A DNA stretch of 63,065 bases, filler included, from Octopus bimaculoides (Eukaryota), in the NCBI RefSeq assembly GCF_001194135.2. It is 7 parts of 6 records of this genome, joined end to end, with 100 filler letters (N's around TTAATTAATTAA, not from the genome) between each part and the next. Parts side by side here need not be neighbours in the genome. Positions count along the whole stretch, not along the records: positions 61,129 to 63,065 come from NC_069005.1; 6 more parts are not named here. One strand, 5' to 3'. Made by a program: the position numbers and the translations under genes. Positions within the stretch are counted from its first letter, which is position 1. The number at the start of each line of letters is the position of its first letter. The notes under the pieces are model-generated. The model searched no databases. It had not been told where the DNA came from and was given only the letters and a program-made list of their open reading frames with translations. This document shows positions 62,003-63,065 of the stretch, in pieces.

Positions 62003-63032
62003 GATTCGTTCGACTACATTCCCTTCAAGGCATTGCCCCAGCTTGGTCACAATCTAAATGACTGAAACAAGTAAAAGACAAAAGATAAGGTGTGACAGGA
62101 GAGAGAAAGAGAGAGAGAGTGGGTGATTTGGCTGCTATTTCTAGTAATTAGTTGTTTACTTCGTGGAGACAAAACAAACAAGAAACAAGAACCACAACCT
62201 AACGTTAGCTATTTTAGAAACTATATTATTTAGATTAATCAAACAATATTGCAATGTGTTCTGTACTGGCTGAGATTATATATAATGACATTTGCAAATG
62301 TCAATTTTATTTTTAAACCAACGCAGGTCTGTCGACTGTTAGCAAAAGAAAAAGAAATTAGTTTAGGCGCGCTTGACCCAGAACAGCGGTTAGTCATATT
62401 GTTAAGGACGAACTGTTTATTCATATAATGATTCATTTATATCTCTTCACTGACTGATTTGCAGTGGAGGTTATTGCTGGTTCGCTGATGATGTAAAGAA
62501 AAATAAAATAACGAAACATGTCTGGAGTTATCTCTCTCTCGTACTTGCCGAAAAGAATTGTAATTTAGATACAAGGCCTGTGAATTTCAAAGTAGAGGGA
62601 TTCAGTTGGTTACAGCTACACCATACTTACATACACAACGTGTTTCTACACGTTTCCTTCATTGTCTCACTGTTTCATTCTTAATTTCCTGTTAACAGTT
62701 AAGGTCATGCAACATGTTTCACTTGTCTCACTCGTTTTTTTTATCTTTCTGTGTATTTTTTAATTATTTTTTTTTTTATGGTTGAGATATCCTGTTCCTT
62801 CTAAACTTTTCCTTGTTTCAATATCAGATTAAGGCTATGCTGCGGCGCCGCCTTGAAATTTTAGTCGAATGCATCGACCCCAGGACTCTTTTTTTATTTC
62901 AAAAGCCTGGTACTTACTCTATCGGTTTCTTTTGCCGAACCGCTAAATTACGGGGACGTAAACACACCAACACCGGTTGTCAAGCGGTGGTGGGGGACAA
63001 ACACAAGCACAAAGACACACACATATAGATAC

Positions 63033-63065
<33 letters not shown>

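Overview
AT-rich, repeat-dense eukaryotic genomic DNA from a gapped draft assembly. The SINE, LINE and MITE families look like those I recall from octopus (inference, not a database result). No prokaryotic-type genes, CRISPR arrays, rRNA or real tRNA genes are visible. Most listed ORFs are artefacts of N-runs, microsatellites or antisense reads of transposons. Decayed mobile elements dominate: several tRNA-headed SINE families; Tx1/L1-like, RTE, CR1-like, R4/Dong and HERO-like LINE fragments; a Gypsy 3' end with LTR; four Tc1/mariner-superfamily lineages (DD37D maT, DD34E Tc1, a TRT-like fragment, Tigger/pogo); Helitron derivatives; and MITEs. The only host gene I recognise is a 22-nt first coding exon (MAKFVIA-G, 36826-36847) matching the N-terminus of MDH1B, preceded by an X-box-like motif. 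The most interesting signal is a set of minimal type I hammerhead ribozyme motifs with palindromic stem III in several unrelated repeats. One has a fully canonical core inside a 499-bp directly repeated unit (21002-21619), a retrozyme or Penelope terminal-repeat architecture. Others carry recurrent non-canonical cores (U4C, A6U). Six 100-bp gaps contain a TTAATTAATTAA linker, so adjacency across them is unproven.
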